Shown: one piece after another, positions 27,299-41,800 of the stretch | How positions within the stretch are numbered: the stretch's first letter is position 1 | Layout: each line of letters opens with the position of its first letter | Origin: Tubiluchus corallicola | Lineage: Eukaryota; Animalia; Priapulida | Direction of reading: 5' to 3' | Assembly: GCA_030141605.1 (NCBI GenBank) | Contig: JAQGDQ010000825.1 | Location: 27,227 to 91,226, forward strand | Length of the DNA: 64,000 bases | Program-made: the position numbers and the translations under genes | Notes under the pieces: generated by a model | The model's input: the letters and a program-made list of their open reading frames with translations, nothing else | Databases searched by the model: none | Told to the model about the DNA's origin: nothing

Positions 27299-30200
27299 TT
27301 ATGCTGCTTTGGGTTTAGACTTGTACGCAAGCCAGCGACACACGGGGCAACAATGATTGTCTCTTGTCAGCCAGAGATAGATACAATGCCGATGAAATGC
27401 GTGGCCGCAAGGCAAACCACAAAGTTCTACAGACGGCAAATACGATTCCAGGCAGATCACGCATTCGTTGCTGGGTATGACATCGTTCGGGGCTGCAGCA
27501 TCAATATGTTTACAGCGTGTATCACCACTGCAAACCTTTTTCTTAGATACTTCGATGCCATCATCATCTGAGCTGCTGGTTTCACTGCAGCTGTTGAGAG
27601 TTGTGCCAAATTCACTCCCAGTTTTTACATCAGGTGAACTATCACATTGACATTGCTTACAGATATTAACCGCCGACTTTTCTAAGCACTGATTTGGTAT
27701 TTGTAAGAAATGAAAGACTTTTGAGAAAAACCGCAGCACTATCTTTTTCTTCAGCTGTGTTACTGCACTGTCTACAATCTTTACTTCATCAACTGGCTTC
27801 TCATGTGTGGTTGGTATTTTGCGCAAATGTTTCTGCATTAGACAGGAGGATTCCTTGCAAGTTTTCTTATACTGCCATACGGGTAGTTTACTAATGTACG
27901 CGTGGGAAACAGTGGGTTGTAGCCAGAAATTTGGAACTGCCATGCGCTCGATCAGTAATTCAATGCCTTCCTCCAAATCCACGTCGGTTCTCATTGGCCG
28001 GCTAACGGATGGAGCAACGGGTCGAAACAGATACGGCACATCGGGAAAGCTCCAAGTGAGGTTGCCGATTAATTCATCTTCATTTCGGTTTCGACTGAAG
28101 TACTTGTTGACCGCAAGTCCACACAGCCCGATTAGCACGAACGCGCCGATAGCTAAACCCGGTTGAGTTTTATACAAATACAAGTCCCTTCGCAAAAAAT
28201 TAGCAACATTCGATGCACTACAATACTGAAGACCCCGTAAAGCAAAGCCGAAAACGTACTGTACCGTAGGCAGCTGGTACACAGCTAATAAAGGTAACCA
28301 AGCAAGAATTAACAAAACATTATATTTGACCACTGTCCATGCCAACTGAGCAGTCGAATATAGGAAATTTACGTGAAACACCAGGAATAATTCAAACCAA
28401 GCCAGCAAGTTTGTAATTACCAAGCTAACCAAAAATAAATCGTTCACGCTCGGGTAGAAAGTAGTAATGCAATAATACAATGTACTAAAGTCGAATGTTT
28501 CGCCAGGCAAAGTTCCATATACAAGTGTTTTGTCACGAGTCACTATTATGTACTGAGGAGGTTTGAGTTCCAAACCTCTGATTTTTGTAAGCGAGTGCAA
28601 ACTGTTCAACTTTAATGCTCCAAACTTTGCTCGTCCGGGAAATTTTACACTTAGAGCGGACATAAACATGGGCACTTCGGTCAGTCTGGACGCTAAGATT
28701 ACCCGGACTTCGGACGCCCTCTCCTCATACTCTAACCAGTCGGAAAAGAGTTGTTTTTCAGACCGTATGAGTTCTACGCGCGACGCGAGCTGCTTGTTGA
28801 TCCACGTCATGATGCTCTGAGGTTGCCGAGTGTTGGTGATGGTGTGTAAGGTGACGTTGGCTTTTGCATGGTTACCCCTTGGTTGAGCGAGTACGAAACA
28901 AGATGAAAGCCAGCCTCGATTCGTACATAATCTGAAAACACATAGAAAAACAAGAAAATGAAGATATCACTTACAATCTGTAATGCATCACTATTCCAAA
29001 ACGCTCGGTATATAGTAAGACCTCATTCAATGACAGTAATGTGTTTGTAAAATGTGAATTAAAGCTAAATGAAGCCAAGTGAATGTGAAGCCATAAATGA
29101 TGTGAATATATAGGGAAATGGGGCTTTATTCTATTGGTAATCATGACACATGACTGTGTAATCAATAGGACATAGGTCATGTAAATCTCGTATAATATGA
29201 GTTTTGTTGGACATACAGGTGGTACATTATTGTTTCTGGGGGGGGGGGGGGGGTTGTACAAAAATAATGAGTAATAGCACATAACAATTTATTAAAGCGC
29301 AAGGAAACCCTCTCGTCTCGAAATTTTATACCACTTACATACTGCCTTTTCGCATGTAGGGCTTGCGTTGGTCGTAACACTGCATAAAACGTGTAAATTT
29401 AAACTCCCAAGATGACCATTAGGCGCAGCCATTTTAATGGTAGATCGTTTGAAACAAGTTTAGATAACACTGAGTAAAGTTTGAAAAAATTATCAGAGCA
29501 TTCGTAGCGCACACGTTGCTGAGTAAAATTTTAAATTGCTGTATCTTGTCAATAAGATTAAAGATACGTTTTTGGTTAGTGAGTGGTGCACCCTGGAGGG
29601 GGAGTCAGCGACATTTTACCAACTGGCACGGACATTTTAAATGATTAGTCTAGTTACATAAGTGTTTCCAGCAGGTAAGCGGAGTGCTAAGTAATGTAGA
29701 TTTGCATGGAAGGTTTTTGGGACATAATTTAACATCGCTTTTTCTTAATTTAAGTTGTGCGTAGGTGACGTCATGTAACGGCGTGATTGGAACAGTACTG
29801 CGGGAGATTTAAAATGAAAACAAACAAGAATTCCTTTCAACGCGAGTACGATACAATGCATAAAATTGCTGTAAAGTAATATAATTTTTTAAGGCGATTT
29901 TTCTGAAACCTACTTCAGGTTCCCCTTTTCTTGTCCTTTAAATGAAAATACTGCTGAAATAACAGAGAAATTATTATGCCCTCAGAACTTAGTGTGACAA
30001 CTGCAAACGTACAAATCGAAACTTCTGAAACTTAAAATTTTTGCTTACAACTTAATACAAGTTAAAAAATTTGACTTGAAATTTTGTATCATTTGCATGC
30101 TGTCATACGCGTTCCCATGATGATCGTTATGCGCAGCCGTTTTAACTGTAAATCATTTGAAACAAGTTTAGATAACATAGCGCACTCTTCACTAAGCAAA

Positions 30201-33200
30201 AGTTTCACGTACTTTATATTGTCATTAACATGGATGAGAATGACAAATTGCAAAAAATTCTGAAACAGGCCGGGGGTTTTGGTGCAATTTTGTGACCATA
30301 GAGAACCTCTAAGTGGACTTAAAATATCAATTACCTTGTTTCATGCATAATTTAAAATACCCAACTATCAAGGATACATGATACCTAATTGTCTCAAAAA
30401 CGCTTAAGTACTGGCCGCTCCTATGCAAAAATATATAAAAACTGTCTGCAATTGACTCAAATAACTCCGTACAATTGATTCTATAGTTTTATACATAGAG
30501 ATATACACGTGGTTACACTGATGTACGTGATGTAAATAAACTGACGGCCTGCCAACTAGCGGTCAGCTTGTGAAATAATGTACTGGGTCCGTAAAAATTT
30601 TCTCAACAAATTTACGTGATTTACAAAAATGGCACTACTGGTCTTCCAAAAACTCGGAATTCCGCGTATCCACTGAAAATTCTCATCCCTGCATTAAGAC
30701 TAATCATGTTTTTTTTTGGTGAGTCAATGGTGCAAACTAGTACGGTGATACAGTGACGTTTTACCAGCTAGTGCAAACACTATTATTATATTAAAACATT
30801 AAATCGTTAAGAATTTCTTTTTCAATTACATAACGATATGAAACAGGTAAGCGTAATGCAAAGTAATATTATAACTTTGTATGGAAAGTTTTTCATGATA
30901 TATTTTCAAATTTCCCTTTCTACTGTTTTAATGAACAAGCCAAAAACACGACTATAGTAGGTTTTGCTACTTGATTACATACCTTCTATCCAACTTACAG
31001 TCAAATATGCCAGTACGGATACCAAATCGATGCAGTTTATTCGATAACATGTTCCAGTTTGCTTGTCCCATTAACAAAGACGACTCAGCTTTGACTTGTA
31101 CCAACCACATGCTGTCTTTGGTATCTTCCACCTACATGATAATCATTCAGTGTATAATATATAATATATCAAGTATTAGATTATAAAAAGAGCATTTTTA
31201 TTATTCATATATTTAATAATTTAGAAAAACAAAATCACCACTCTTGTCGCTTATTGTACCGAGTACGCGATTGCAGTATTATCTGACCCATTTGATTGTC
31301 AGTCTACTACAGTAAAGTACTGAATTAGTCTATGCTGCCATCTACAGTCATTGTTTTACTCTAATTGTACAAAGTTTGTCAGAGATTGATTTTTGTTTCT
31401 AAATATTATTTCCTTTTGCTTTGATAGATATTCGTTAATCAGAGTAATTAGATTGTTAATTTCATGCTTTAATTCTGGTTCTAACCTTCTTATTCAAGTT
31501 AAGATAGAGAAAAATTATAACATTATAACACAGCTTTGAGTTCACCCTCAGTTACTGGAGTGAATATTATCTATGTTTTACAATAAAAATGACTGCAAAT
31601 TTCTACAACTCTGCTCCTGTGACTAAATCTGTTGCACTAAACTATAACGTATATAATTTATTGCAAATGATTCCTACTTGATATGTTGTGTCCTACAAGC
31701 CGATTCTTGCACACAAATCATTTACTGATAACGTGAGATAACATTTTTAATAAGGTTTAAAGCAAAAGTCAAGTCTCTCGAGAAGTTGAGCTTATTCTAA
31801 TATTTGAGAAAAATGTTAGAAAGTTTCAGCAATGAAATTATGACAAGCGTCTAGTGTAATTAATAATTTCAATTTATTTCACGCTTGAGCGCGCTCATTT
31901 TGGTGAAAAATGGCGTCATCTGGTTACCGTGCAATAAAAACAGTTATTCTGCCAAGTGCTTCAACAATCTTTTTTGACTTATAGAGCGAACTCTATAAAC
32001 TAAGTAACCCACCCAGTACCTACTGTATGCTCGCAAGTTTACATGTGTATCTGAAAGTCAACAAAAGTCTGTAAATTAATTACATTTACTCAATTAATGT
32101 ACAGTACTTACACATTTTACAATATAATCCTATGGGTTAAAGCCGTGTAACCACTTTAACCTTGGTCATAATTGATCAAATGACTAATTTTTACATAAAC
32201 ACAGTTAAATACAACGCTAGAATAACTGAACTTCTGAGTGAACTGTAGAAATTTCTCAATGCGTACCTTCATCACAGCTTGCTTCACAGCATTCACGCTG
32301 CCCAGCAGATACCAGCTTACGTCATTTTTTTCAAATATGCCGGCAGCGACATTCGTTTGGCGGGAGATAAAAAATATTTAAATTTCTTTAAGCAAAGCAT
32401 TCTATGCGCATATATTGTGTGGTGATTTCTTGTATATTAAAATGCAGTAAATGTTGCTCGAGGGCTGGTTCTTCATTTAACAACTTTTCAGCTAAGGTAA
32501 CCGAGTGGACAATAAGTTTAAGATGCTTCCATCTAATTGCAGATTTACTTGCATAAGAATATGACATCTATAATGGCAAATAATGTTTACATGTTTACCT
32601 CTGCTAGGACTAGTGGCATGAGCTTTGAGTAATATCATTTGAGTCGTTGACAGCATGCATATCATTTGAGTCGTTGACAGCATGCATATCATTCGAGTCG
32701 TTGACAGCATGCATATCATTCGAGTCGTTGACGGCATGCATATCATTTGAGTCGTTGACAGCATGCATATCATTTGAGTCGTTGACAGCATGCATATCAT
32801 TCGAGTCGTTGACGGCATGCATATCATTCGAGTCATTGACAGTATGCATATCATTCGAGTCGTTGACAGCATGCATATCATTCGAGTCGTTGACAGCATG
32901 CATATCATTTGAGTCGTTGACAGCATGCATATCATTCGAGTCGTTGACAGCATGCATATCATTCGAATCATTGACAGCATGCATATCATTCGAGTCATTG
33001 ACAGCATGCATATCATTTGAGTCATTGACAGCATGCATATCATTTGAGTCGTTGACAGCATGCATATCATTTGAGTCGTTGACGGCATGCATATCATTTG
33101 AGTCATTGACAGCATGCATATCATTTGAGTCGTTGACAGCATGCATATCATTTGAGTCATTGACAGCATGCATATCATTTGAGTCGTTGACAGCATGCAT

Positions 33201-36200
33201 ATCATTTGAGTCGTTGACAGCATGCATATCATTCGAATCATTGACAGCATGCATATCATTCGAGTCATTGACAGCATGCATATCATTCGAGTCGTTGACA
33301 GCATGCATATCATTTGAGTCGTTGACAGCATGCATATCATTCGAGTCGTTGACAGCATGCATATCATTCGAGTCGTTGACAGCATGCATATCATTTGAGT
33401 CATTGACAGCATGCATATCATTCGAGTCATTGACAGCATGCATATCATTTGAGTCGTTGACAGCATGCATATCATTCGAGTCGTTGACAGCATGCATAGA
33501 ATTTTGTTCTTTTGCAAGATAGAGAGCAAAACTTCAATAATGCACGCAATTTTTATTTGAATTTTCGGACAAGCGATACGTGCGCCACCTTTAGAATACT
33601 AAAGTAAGTCCAAGCGCCCGTTGACATAAACATTTTTACTCTAAGACAAAATTTCATTTGTAGCAACGCAGTAACTAAATTTCAACAGGTATTGACAGCA
33701 CTTTTCAAGAGGTAGACTAGACTAACCTCCTCGTAGAAGTGGGAACCACATGTGAAGTCGACTGACGAGGATGCACGCTCAGATTCTGAAGAGGTGGATG
33801 TGGCATCTGAATCAGCCACAGAGTGGAATTCTTCTTCCTTCGTGTCACCTGAAAACAAAGATGAAAATACAGTAAAAGATATTCGTAAGTCGAATGCAGG
33901 AATGTTAGCTACTGGCAAGATTGGTACAGGTAAATTTGGTATGATCCTTACATACAAGGAATTTTTGGTACTAGATAAATCTATTATAAGGAATGTTTGG
34001 TAGAAGGAAAATATGGTACAAGGAAAGTCTGGTACTAAGAAAATATGGTACAAGGAAAGTCTGGTACTAAGAAAATATGGTACAAGGAAAGTCTGGTACT
34101 AAGAAAATGTGATTCAAGGAAATTCTGGTACTAAGAAAATATGGTACAAGGAAAGTCTGGTACTAAGAAAATGTGGTACAAGGAAAGTCTGGTACTAAGA
34201 AAATATGGTACAAGGAAAGTGTAGTACTAAGAAAATGTGGTACAAGGAAAGTCTGGTACTAAGAAAATAGGGTACAAGGAAAGTGTAGTACTAAGAAAAT
34301 ATGGTACAAGGAAAGTCTGGTACCAAGAAAATATGGTACAAGGAAAGTGTAGTACTAAGAAAATATGGTACAAGGAAAGTCTGGTACTAAGAAAATGTGA
34401 TACAAGGAAAGTGTAGTACTAAGAAAATATGGTACAAGGAAAGTCTGGTACTAAGAAAATATGGTACAAGGAAAGTGTAGTACTAAGAAAATATGGTACA
34501 AGGAAAGTCTGGTACTAAGAAAATGTGGTACAAGGAAATTCTGGTACTAAGAAAATATGGTACAAGGAAAGTCTGGTACTAAGAAAATGTGATACAAGGA
34601 AATTCTGGTACTAAGAAAATATGGTACAAGGAAAGTGTAGTACTAAGAAAATGTGATACAAGAAGTCTGGTACTAAGAAAATGTGATTCAAGGAAATTCT
34701 GGTACTAAGAAAATGTGGTACAAGGAAAGTCTGGTACTAAGAAAATATGGTACAAGGAAATTCTGGTACTAAGAAAATATGGTACAAAGAAAGTCTGGTA
34801 CTAAGAAAATATGGTACAAGGAAATTCTGGTACTAAGAAAATGTGATTCAAGGAAAGTCTGGTACCAAGAAAATATGGTACAAGGAAAGTGTAGTACTAA
34901 GAAAATATGGTACAAGGAAAGTCTGGTACCAAGAAAATATGGTACAAGGAAAGTGTAGTACTAAGAAAATATGGTACAAGGAAAATCTGGTACTAAGAAA
35001 ATGTGATTCAAGGAAATTCTGGTACTAAGAAAATATGGTACAAGGAAAGTGTAGTACTAAGAAAATATGGTACAAGGAAAGTCTGGTACTAAGAAAATGT
35101 GATACAAGGAAAGTCTGGTACTAAGAAAATATGGTACAAGGAAAGTCTGGTACTAAGAAAATATGGTACAAGGAAAATGTAGTACTAAGAAAATATGGTA
35201 CAAGGAAAGTCTGGTACTAAGAAAATGTGGTACAAGGAAATTCTGGTACTAAGAAAATATGGTACAAGGAAAGTCTGGTACTAAGAAAATATGGTACAAG
35301 GAAATTCTGGTACTAAGAAAATATGGTACAAGGAAAGTCTAGTACTAAGAAAATATGGTACAAGGAAAGTCTAGTACTAAGAAAATATGGTACAAGGAAA
35401 GTCTAGTACTAAGAAAATATGGTACAAGGAAAGTCTAGTACTAAGAAAATATGGTACAAGGAAAGTCTAGTACTAAGAAAATATGGTACAAGGAAAGTCT
35501 AGTACTAAGAAAATATGGTACAAGGAAAGTCTAGTACTAAGAAAATATGGTACAAGGAAAGTCTAGTACTAAGAAAATGTGATACAAGGAAATTCTGGTA
35601 CTAAGAAAATATGGTACAAGGAAAGTCTAGTACTAAGAAAATATGGTACAAGGAAAGTCTGGTACTAAGAAAATATGGTACAAGGAAATTCTGGTCTACA
35701 AAACTGAGCCAAGTCACTAACTTAACGAAAGTCGTTATTAATATTTAGGTGAATGTAATAACGGTATCACTAATTGTGGGAAAGAGGTAGGCAACCATGT
35801 TTCAAAAAGGTACAGTGTTCTAAACTTGTGTGCTGCATCTAGGAATCAAACGAACCTATATTACACTAAAATTGAATTTACTACTGACTGGTTTCCAACA
35901 AACTGTTCATTGTCAAGGCATCTAAAACAAAGAAATTTACCAGAATTTAGAAACAACATCGAAATGCAATTCTGTAGTTAGATACCCAAATGATATTATG
36001 ATAAACTATTCTATAGATAATTTAGAAACTTACCTTGCAGATTACATATCTTAGATGCCTTGACAATGAACAGTTTGTTTGAACCGGTCGGCAATAAATT
36101 CAATTCTGGTGTAGTTACATCTATTTGCCAAATATGGATGATTGAACCAATATTAGTCCAGTAAATATTTCCAGGGACTTATAAGCTTATAAACATTGAT

Positions 36201-38583
36201 GTACAGTTCAGGAACTAATACTGCACAACTAAATTCAAAAATAGCATCTTAGCTTTGGATGCCAGATGGCTTGTATCAAACATGTGAATACATCATACCA
36301 GATGCCTCTACCAGCGAGGCTAGCTCATGTTTCTCAAGAAGACCCTTGTAGCTTATGCCTCTTTGGTCCAGTAAGAATTTCAGCCATTTAACGCTGAGTG
36401 AAAATGGGTCAACGATTCTACCAGCTAAAATACCTAAAAATAAATCGTGTCCATTCATACATCATAATTTTGGTTTTGACAATATCATCTGAGTAATGTA
36501 CACACAATGTTAAACTGCAATATTACTGCAACACGTATTACTTCATACAGACAAAACATTTTAATGGCACTCTATCTGCTCCTATAATATTAAGGTAGCT
36601 GACTTCTTAGTGGTCTAAAAGTGAGGGATATAGCAGTCAAAGTATGAGTTTAACTATAGGAGTTCAGCAGCATTGAGCCAGGTTGTTAAATGGATGGGTA
36701 ATTGTGTGGAAAACAGCTTATTAGTGGTCTAAAGGTGAGGCATATAGCAGTCAAAGTATGAGTTTAACTATAGGAGTTAAGCAGCATTGAGCCTGGTTAT
36801 TAAATGGATGGGTAATTGTATGGAAAGCAGCTTCTCAGCTGTTTCACTTGACGTATATTGCCTCTGTATTCTCACCTCAGTACATTGATAACAAAGAAAG
36901 TTTCAATCGCTATTGGCATTCAAGGCAAATTTTAGAATACAGTATTTTTGTACAATAAGAATTTTTATCCATAAAAAACTGAGTGTTACACATTTCTCTA
37001 ATGAATATCTTTCACAGAATATAGCACTGCAGAAGTAAATTTCTTTATATGTGTGCTTGCAAACCAAAAACGTCCATTGATGCTTCAAAGAAGAATGCAC
37101 CAAAATTTTCGTCTAACGTTAATTTTTTCTTTTTTATAAAAACAAATGCTAAATATATTGGACTTTTATATTCAAGTATCAATTTACTAGGAAAATTCCA
37201 GAAAATACTAGAAATTTAATTTTATGACCCTTGTGCCCATTTTTCTGCCTAGAAACTAGGACTGCAATTGCAAAAAACTTGTATTTTCAAACTCAGATAG
37301 TAGCTGTTGGAAGCTGTCTTTTCTGTTGACAAGCTCAAATCATCGCCAGGAAGAGCCATCTACTGGATTTAAGCATAACTTCAATGTGCTTTTGTAAAGT
37401 CCATAGCAACCACACTTTTGTGCGGTTGCTAAGTGTTTTGTAGAGACGTGACAAAAAACAATGGCTGACTTTAAAGCAATTTTCTCAAGATTATGTTTTT
37501 CACTGCATAGCACCTCAACTTCAACGTGGATTATCTCAGCTTAGAAATAACATAGAGCAATGAACTTGGTATCAAAATGATCCTCATGAAATGGAAACTC
37601 AGGGTATGAGAATAACTTGAAAATGTTAATTGCTGACTTATGGATGATTTTGCTATGCAAACACACATATAATGGTATGCAGCTTGCAGAATTTGCACGT
37701 ATGTAGGGTGTACCAAAATGAATTGATTAGTTGGGAAAAGAAAAAACGTTACTGAGTGCTTTTTTTGAAGTTTAGTACATTGCTAGCTTATATCCCACAG
37801 ACAATGGCAGGGCCTAGTACTAATACTGAATAGTTATGGTGAAGAATCTTTAGCCACCCAATCAGCAAAGGCTTGAGTTATCATAGTCACGTTCAATGTA
37901 AATCTCTTTCCCTTTGTTTCAGCTGGTTGATTTTTGCTAACTCACATTATTCAGTGTACTTATAGTGCATATGCTCCATTATCTCCATAATGTAGTGGCT
38001 TTGACAGAATCAATACTATGATAAGTCTGCTATAACTTCTTAGTAACTTTCGGTGTAGTCACAACTGATTTACATAATTCATTATAATTATGATTTTAGT
38101 TTAAATTACTATATATAATTCTAATTATCAATGAGCACTGTGAGGCGAGCAGCACATGTTATTGGTCCAAACTAATGATCATTGGTCAAACTTGTATCTA
38201 AACTAATCTTAACTTAAACATACTATACAGTACAAAATAATTGGCATTTTAGTGCTGCTTTGTATTTCAAGAAAATACTTGACAAACATTTACAAAATGT
38301 ATAAATAGGTAACAGTCATTTAAATGAACAATAAAGTTGTGTGGTTAACATATCACAGTGTTTTAGCAGACCAATTTGAGTATAACATCAGTATACTAAA
38401 TGGTCCAAATAGCATTACTCTATAATTAACTAACAAAGCACATGCATATTTATCTTATTTAAATTTGTCGAAGCCTTTTTTTTGTTAAATACCTGCGCCA
38501 AACCATGTTGTGGCGTCCAAAAGACGAGCAAGGAGAATTAATACAAGCAAATAGACTATCAGCATACAAAGCTTTGCCCACAT
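27299..38583 (-). CDS. RNF103: E3 ubiquitin-protein ligase RNF103 (KF-1), ER membrane RING-H2 ligase, 709 aa
   Basis: Exons 38583-38493 (MWAKLCMLIVYLLVLILLARLLD), 36433-36299 (IVDPFSLSVKWLKFLLDQRGISYKGLLEK), 33848-33727, 31131-30983 (VEDTKDSMWLVQ...RFGIRTG) and 28931-27299. Phases sum to 2130 nt. Has TM segments, EEGIELLIERMAVPNFWL, and a C-terminal RING-H2 (CVIC..CGHAFHRHC..W..CPVC). Confidence 0.95.
32632..33498. repeat. 27-bp minisatellite, ~32 copies, RNF103 intron 3
   Basis: Unit atatcatt(t/c)gagtc(g/a)ttgacagcatgc. Confidence 0.97.
34003..35696. repeat. 32-bp (16+16) minisatellite, ~53 copies, RNF103 intron 2
   Basis: Unit tacaaggaaagtctgg+tactaagaaaatatgg. Confidence 0.97.
36607..36835 (+). 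mobile_element. Two tandem ~114-bp copies of a degenerate tRNA/5S-like SINE head
   Basis: Direct duplication. TAGTGGTCTAA is A-box-like, and GAGTTAAGCAGCATTGAGCCTGGTTA..TGGATGGGT resembles the 5S internal control region. Confidence 0.45.
36930..37760. mobile_element. Dispersed repeat family B
   Basis: Inverted homology to ~61500-62200, e.g. aagagccatctactggatttaa vs ttaaatcaagcagatggctctt. Confidence 0.6.
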
Positions 38584-38865
38584 GGTTAACCTTGAGACTA
38601 TTTTTGTTGTTGCAGGTTATAAGCCTACTGTAAAATTTCACCAGAGTCACATGTGTGTCAACTTGTCCTGCAAAAAAAGAAGATACTTTGTGTCAATAGG
38701 CTATAACACTAATACACCGTTAATGCAAGTACTAAAACCAAAATTATATCTTAGTTAATCACAATACTTCGTTTATTTTCATTTTCCACCTGACTAACTA
38801 TCTTACGTCACATGGTAAGATTTACGTGGCGCCATCTGTTCACAAATACACCGAGCACTGCAAAA
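38584..38865. promoter_or_regulatory. Compact bidirectional promoter/5' UTR region shared by RNF103 and RMND5
   Basis: Only 282 bp separate the two divergent ATGs. Contains CRE-like TTACGTCA (~38803), TTACGTGG, and a YY1-like GCGCCATCT. Confidence 0.6.
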
Positions 38866-41800
38866 ATGGATTCTTGTTTAGCTGTGGAGAAAGAAATTGA
38901 GAAGGTTTTAACTAAATTTACTGCTTTTAACGATCAAATTTCCAAACAGTTGGATGATCTCATCGAGCAAGCTGAAAAGATAAAGAGAGAACTGGCTGAA
39001 GGTAAAAACATAGCTGCTTTTCATAAATCTCGAGTTTTGTTCTACGTTTGTTTGTGTCTAATGTCAACATTTTGCCATGAACGGAATAATGTGAATTAGT
39101 ATGGTTTTAAAATTTAATGGGCAAGTGAGTTATTTTAATTGTACAACATAAGTAAACAAATATAGCATTTATTGCTCTGCATTTTTTACCTCGACTCAGT
39201 GGACTGTCTTTTTACTTGAAATTTAGTTCCAGAGCAAACGGAATTGAGCATTGCACAATCGTTAGTCGTTAGTCAGTGCATTAAAAAGGTGAGAGATGTG
39301 TCCTCAGCAATCAGCTCAGATCACAAGGATCTTCACGGCACTGTGTCTAAAGTAGGAAAAGTCATTGAGAGGGTACGTAATTTACTAAAGTCTTCAGAAG
39401 TTTAGGGACTAATAAATTTAGACTGACTCTCTGTAATGTGAATTTTATATTTTGTAGGGATTGAAAATGCATACATGTACAAGTCTACTCTGCAATTTTT
39501 GTATCATGCCAACTACATTGCATGATCATTTTGTTGTTATTGATGATATCATAATCATCACGTACTTATTACATAATTGATAATAATTATTATTTATGGA
39601 TCAAGCAAAAATCTAATAACATATATTCTAATTTAACGATGCTGAACCATATTTTAAATCAACATACCATGTGCAATATATCATGCCAAATTGTAATTTT
39701 AGTAGCCTTTGTAAAATACAGTCAACCTCGGATATAAGGGACACCTCCAGACTGAAAAAAATTGTCCCTTATAGCTGAAGTTGAGTCAAACCGAGGGTCT
39801 ATCTAGACCTGTACTTTTCTGCATTTTTACCCATATTTTTATGGATTGTTGCTACACATTCAGTGCAAACGGTATGTAGGAAGCTCCTTCAGTGATGCGA
39901 GACGTATGTGACCGCGGAAACCGAGCTGTTCGAAGGCCGAGTTTGCGAAAAATTGAGGTTAAAAATTGATCAACTTCGCTTTGATCATAGGGTCCCTTAT
40001 ATGCGAGGTAATTTACCTGGGTTTTTATTACGCGGGTCTTGAAGATATCGTCCCATATAACCGAAAGTTCCTTATGTCCGAGTATCTTATATACGCAGAT
40101 TTTTACAAGGGAAAACGTTACGAAAAATCGGGACCGGTGTTGGTGGTCCCTCATAAGTGAGAGCCCCTTATAAGCGAGTACCTTATACCTTATAAGGTTG
40201 ACTGTAATCTTATTTTGTTCTAGTATCGTATGATTTTATTCCAGATAGTGACAATGTAATTAGTTTTTATATTGACTCCATATTATAATTTTCTTTAGAG
40301 TTTTACACAAGATTTTGGTGTAGTTAACAAAGATGGTACATTCTGTGGCTTGGATAGACCTGACCTTGTTAATAAAGTAGTCTGTCAGCATTTCTTCAGG
40401 CAAGGCATGCTCGATATAGCAGAAAGTCTCATCAGGGTACGTAATATGCAAGAATTATTTATTATGTAATTTTATTGTGTGACTCATCGGAGCGCTTGTA
40501 GAAAGTACTGGGTCTTGATTGTCGTTGTTAGATGTTGTGTTAAAGAAAAGAATAAGTAACTCAGTATTTTGGGTTTATTTTACTGTTATCACTTAAACTG
40601 TTTGTGGTGTGCTAAACGAAAGAACAAGTCACTCAGTATATTGGGTTTATTTTACTGTTATCACTTAAACTGTTTCTGGTGTGTTAAAGGAAAGAACAAG
40701 TCACTCAGTATATTGGGTTTATTTTACTGTTATCACTTAAAACTGTTTGTGGTGTGCTAAACGAAAGAACAAGTCACTCAGTATATTCGGTTTATTTTAC
40801 TGTTATCACTTAAACTGTTTGTGGTGTGCTAAACGAAAGAACAAGTCACTCAGTATATTGGGTTTATTTTACTGTTATCACTTAAACTGTTTGTGGTGTG
40901 CTAAAGGAAAGAACAAGTTACTCAGCATGTTTGGTTTATTTTACTGTTATCACTTAAACTGTTTGTGGTGTGCTAGAGGAAAGAACAAGTCACTCTGTGT
41001 GGTGGGTTTATTTTACTGTTATCACTTAAACTGTTTGTGGTGTGTTAAAGGAAAGAACAAGTCACTCTGTACGTTGGGTTTATTTTACTGTTATCACTTA
41101 AACTGTTTGTGGTGTGTTAAAGGAAAGAACAAGTCACTCTGTACGTTGGGTTTATTTTATTTTTGTCACTTAAACTTAGAAAAATATAACAAAGAAATTT
41201 GCACAGAACTGCCTATAAAGCATAAATTTAGAGTATACTACCTCTGAATATAAATTTTGGTTGGCCGTCGTTCACTTGAAAATCATGACATAACTGGAAG
41301 AGTTTGTGACTTTCCGTAAGCGCACTGCTTAAACTAATCCAAACTACTGCAGTTTACTTAGCGTTCACTCAAAAATATTACAAAATTAGCTATCCATTTT
41401 TTTGTAAAATCTTATTATACTTTTGATGAAGATTGACAGTGTGCTACTTTTCTTCAAGACGAATGACGTCTTCGGAAAAAGAATGGGCATTGAAAATGGG
41501 AGCGTCCAAGCGCGAACTGATCATGACTTTTAAGTTGACTTACTAGTTGCACGAGTTACGCAATTTTATTACTAAATCCTTCTAACATTTTTCGCGATAT
41601 ATTGAAATAAGCCTAACCTCCCAGAAGGCTTGGCATTTCCTTTAACAAAAGTTTCAGAAATGCACTGTTACATGTTTATTCCAATATTTTACAAGTTTAT
41701 TACCACCATTACCAATTAGTGCATTTGCTATTTGGAAGAAACATGGCACCGGACTATTTCGTTGGTGACCTTGTGGATAATCAATAGACAAAATCACTGA

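Noticed and set aside
32492-33529. Long ORFs of 291-345 aa in three frames
   Set aside because: They are translations of the 27-bp minisatellite inside RNF103 intron 3.
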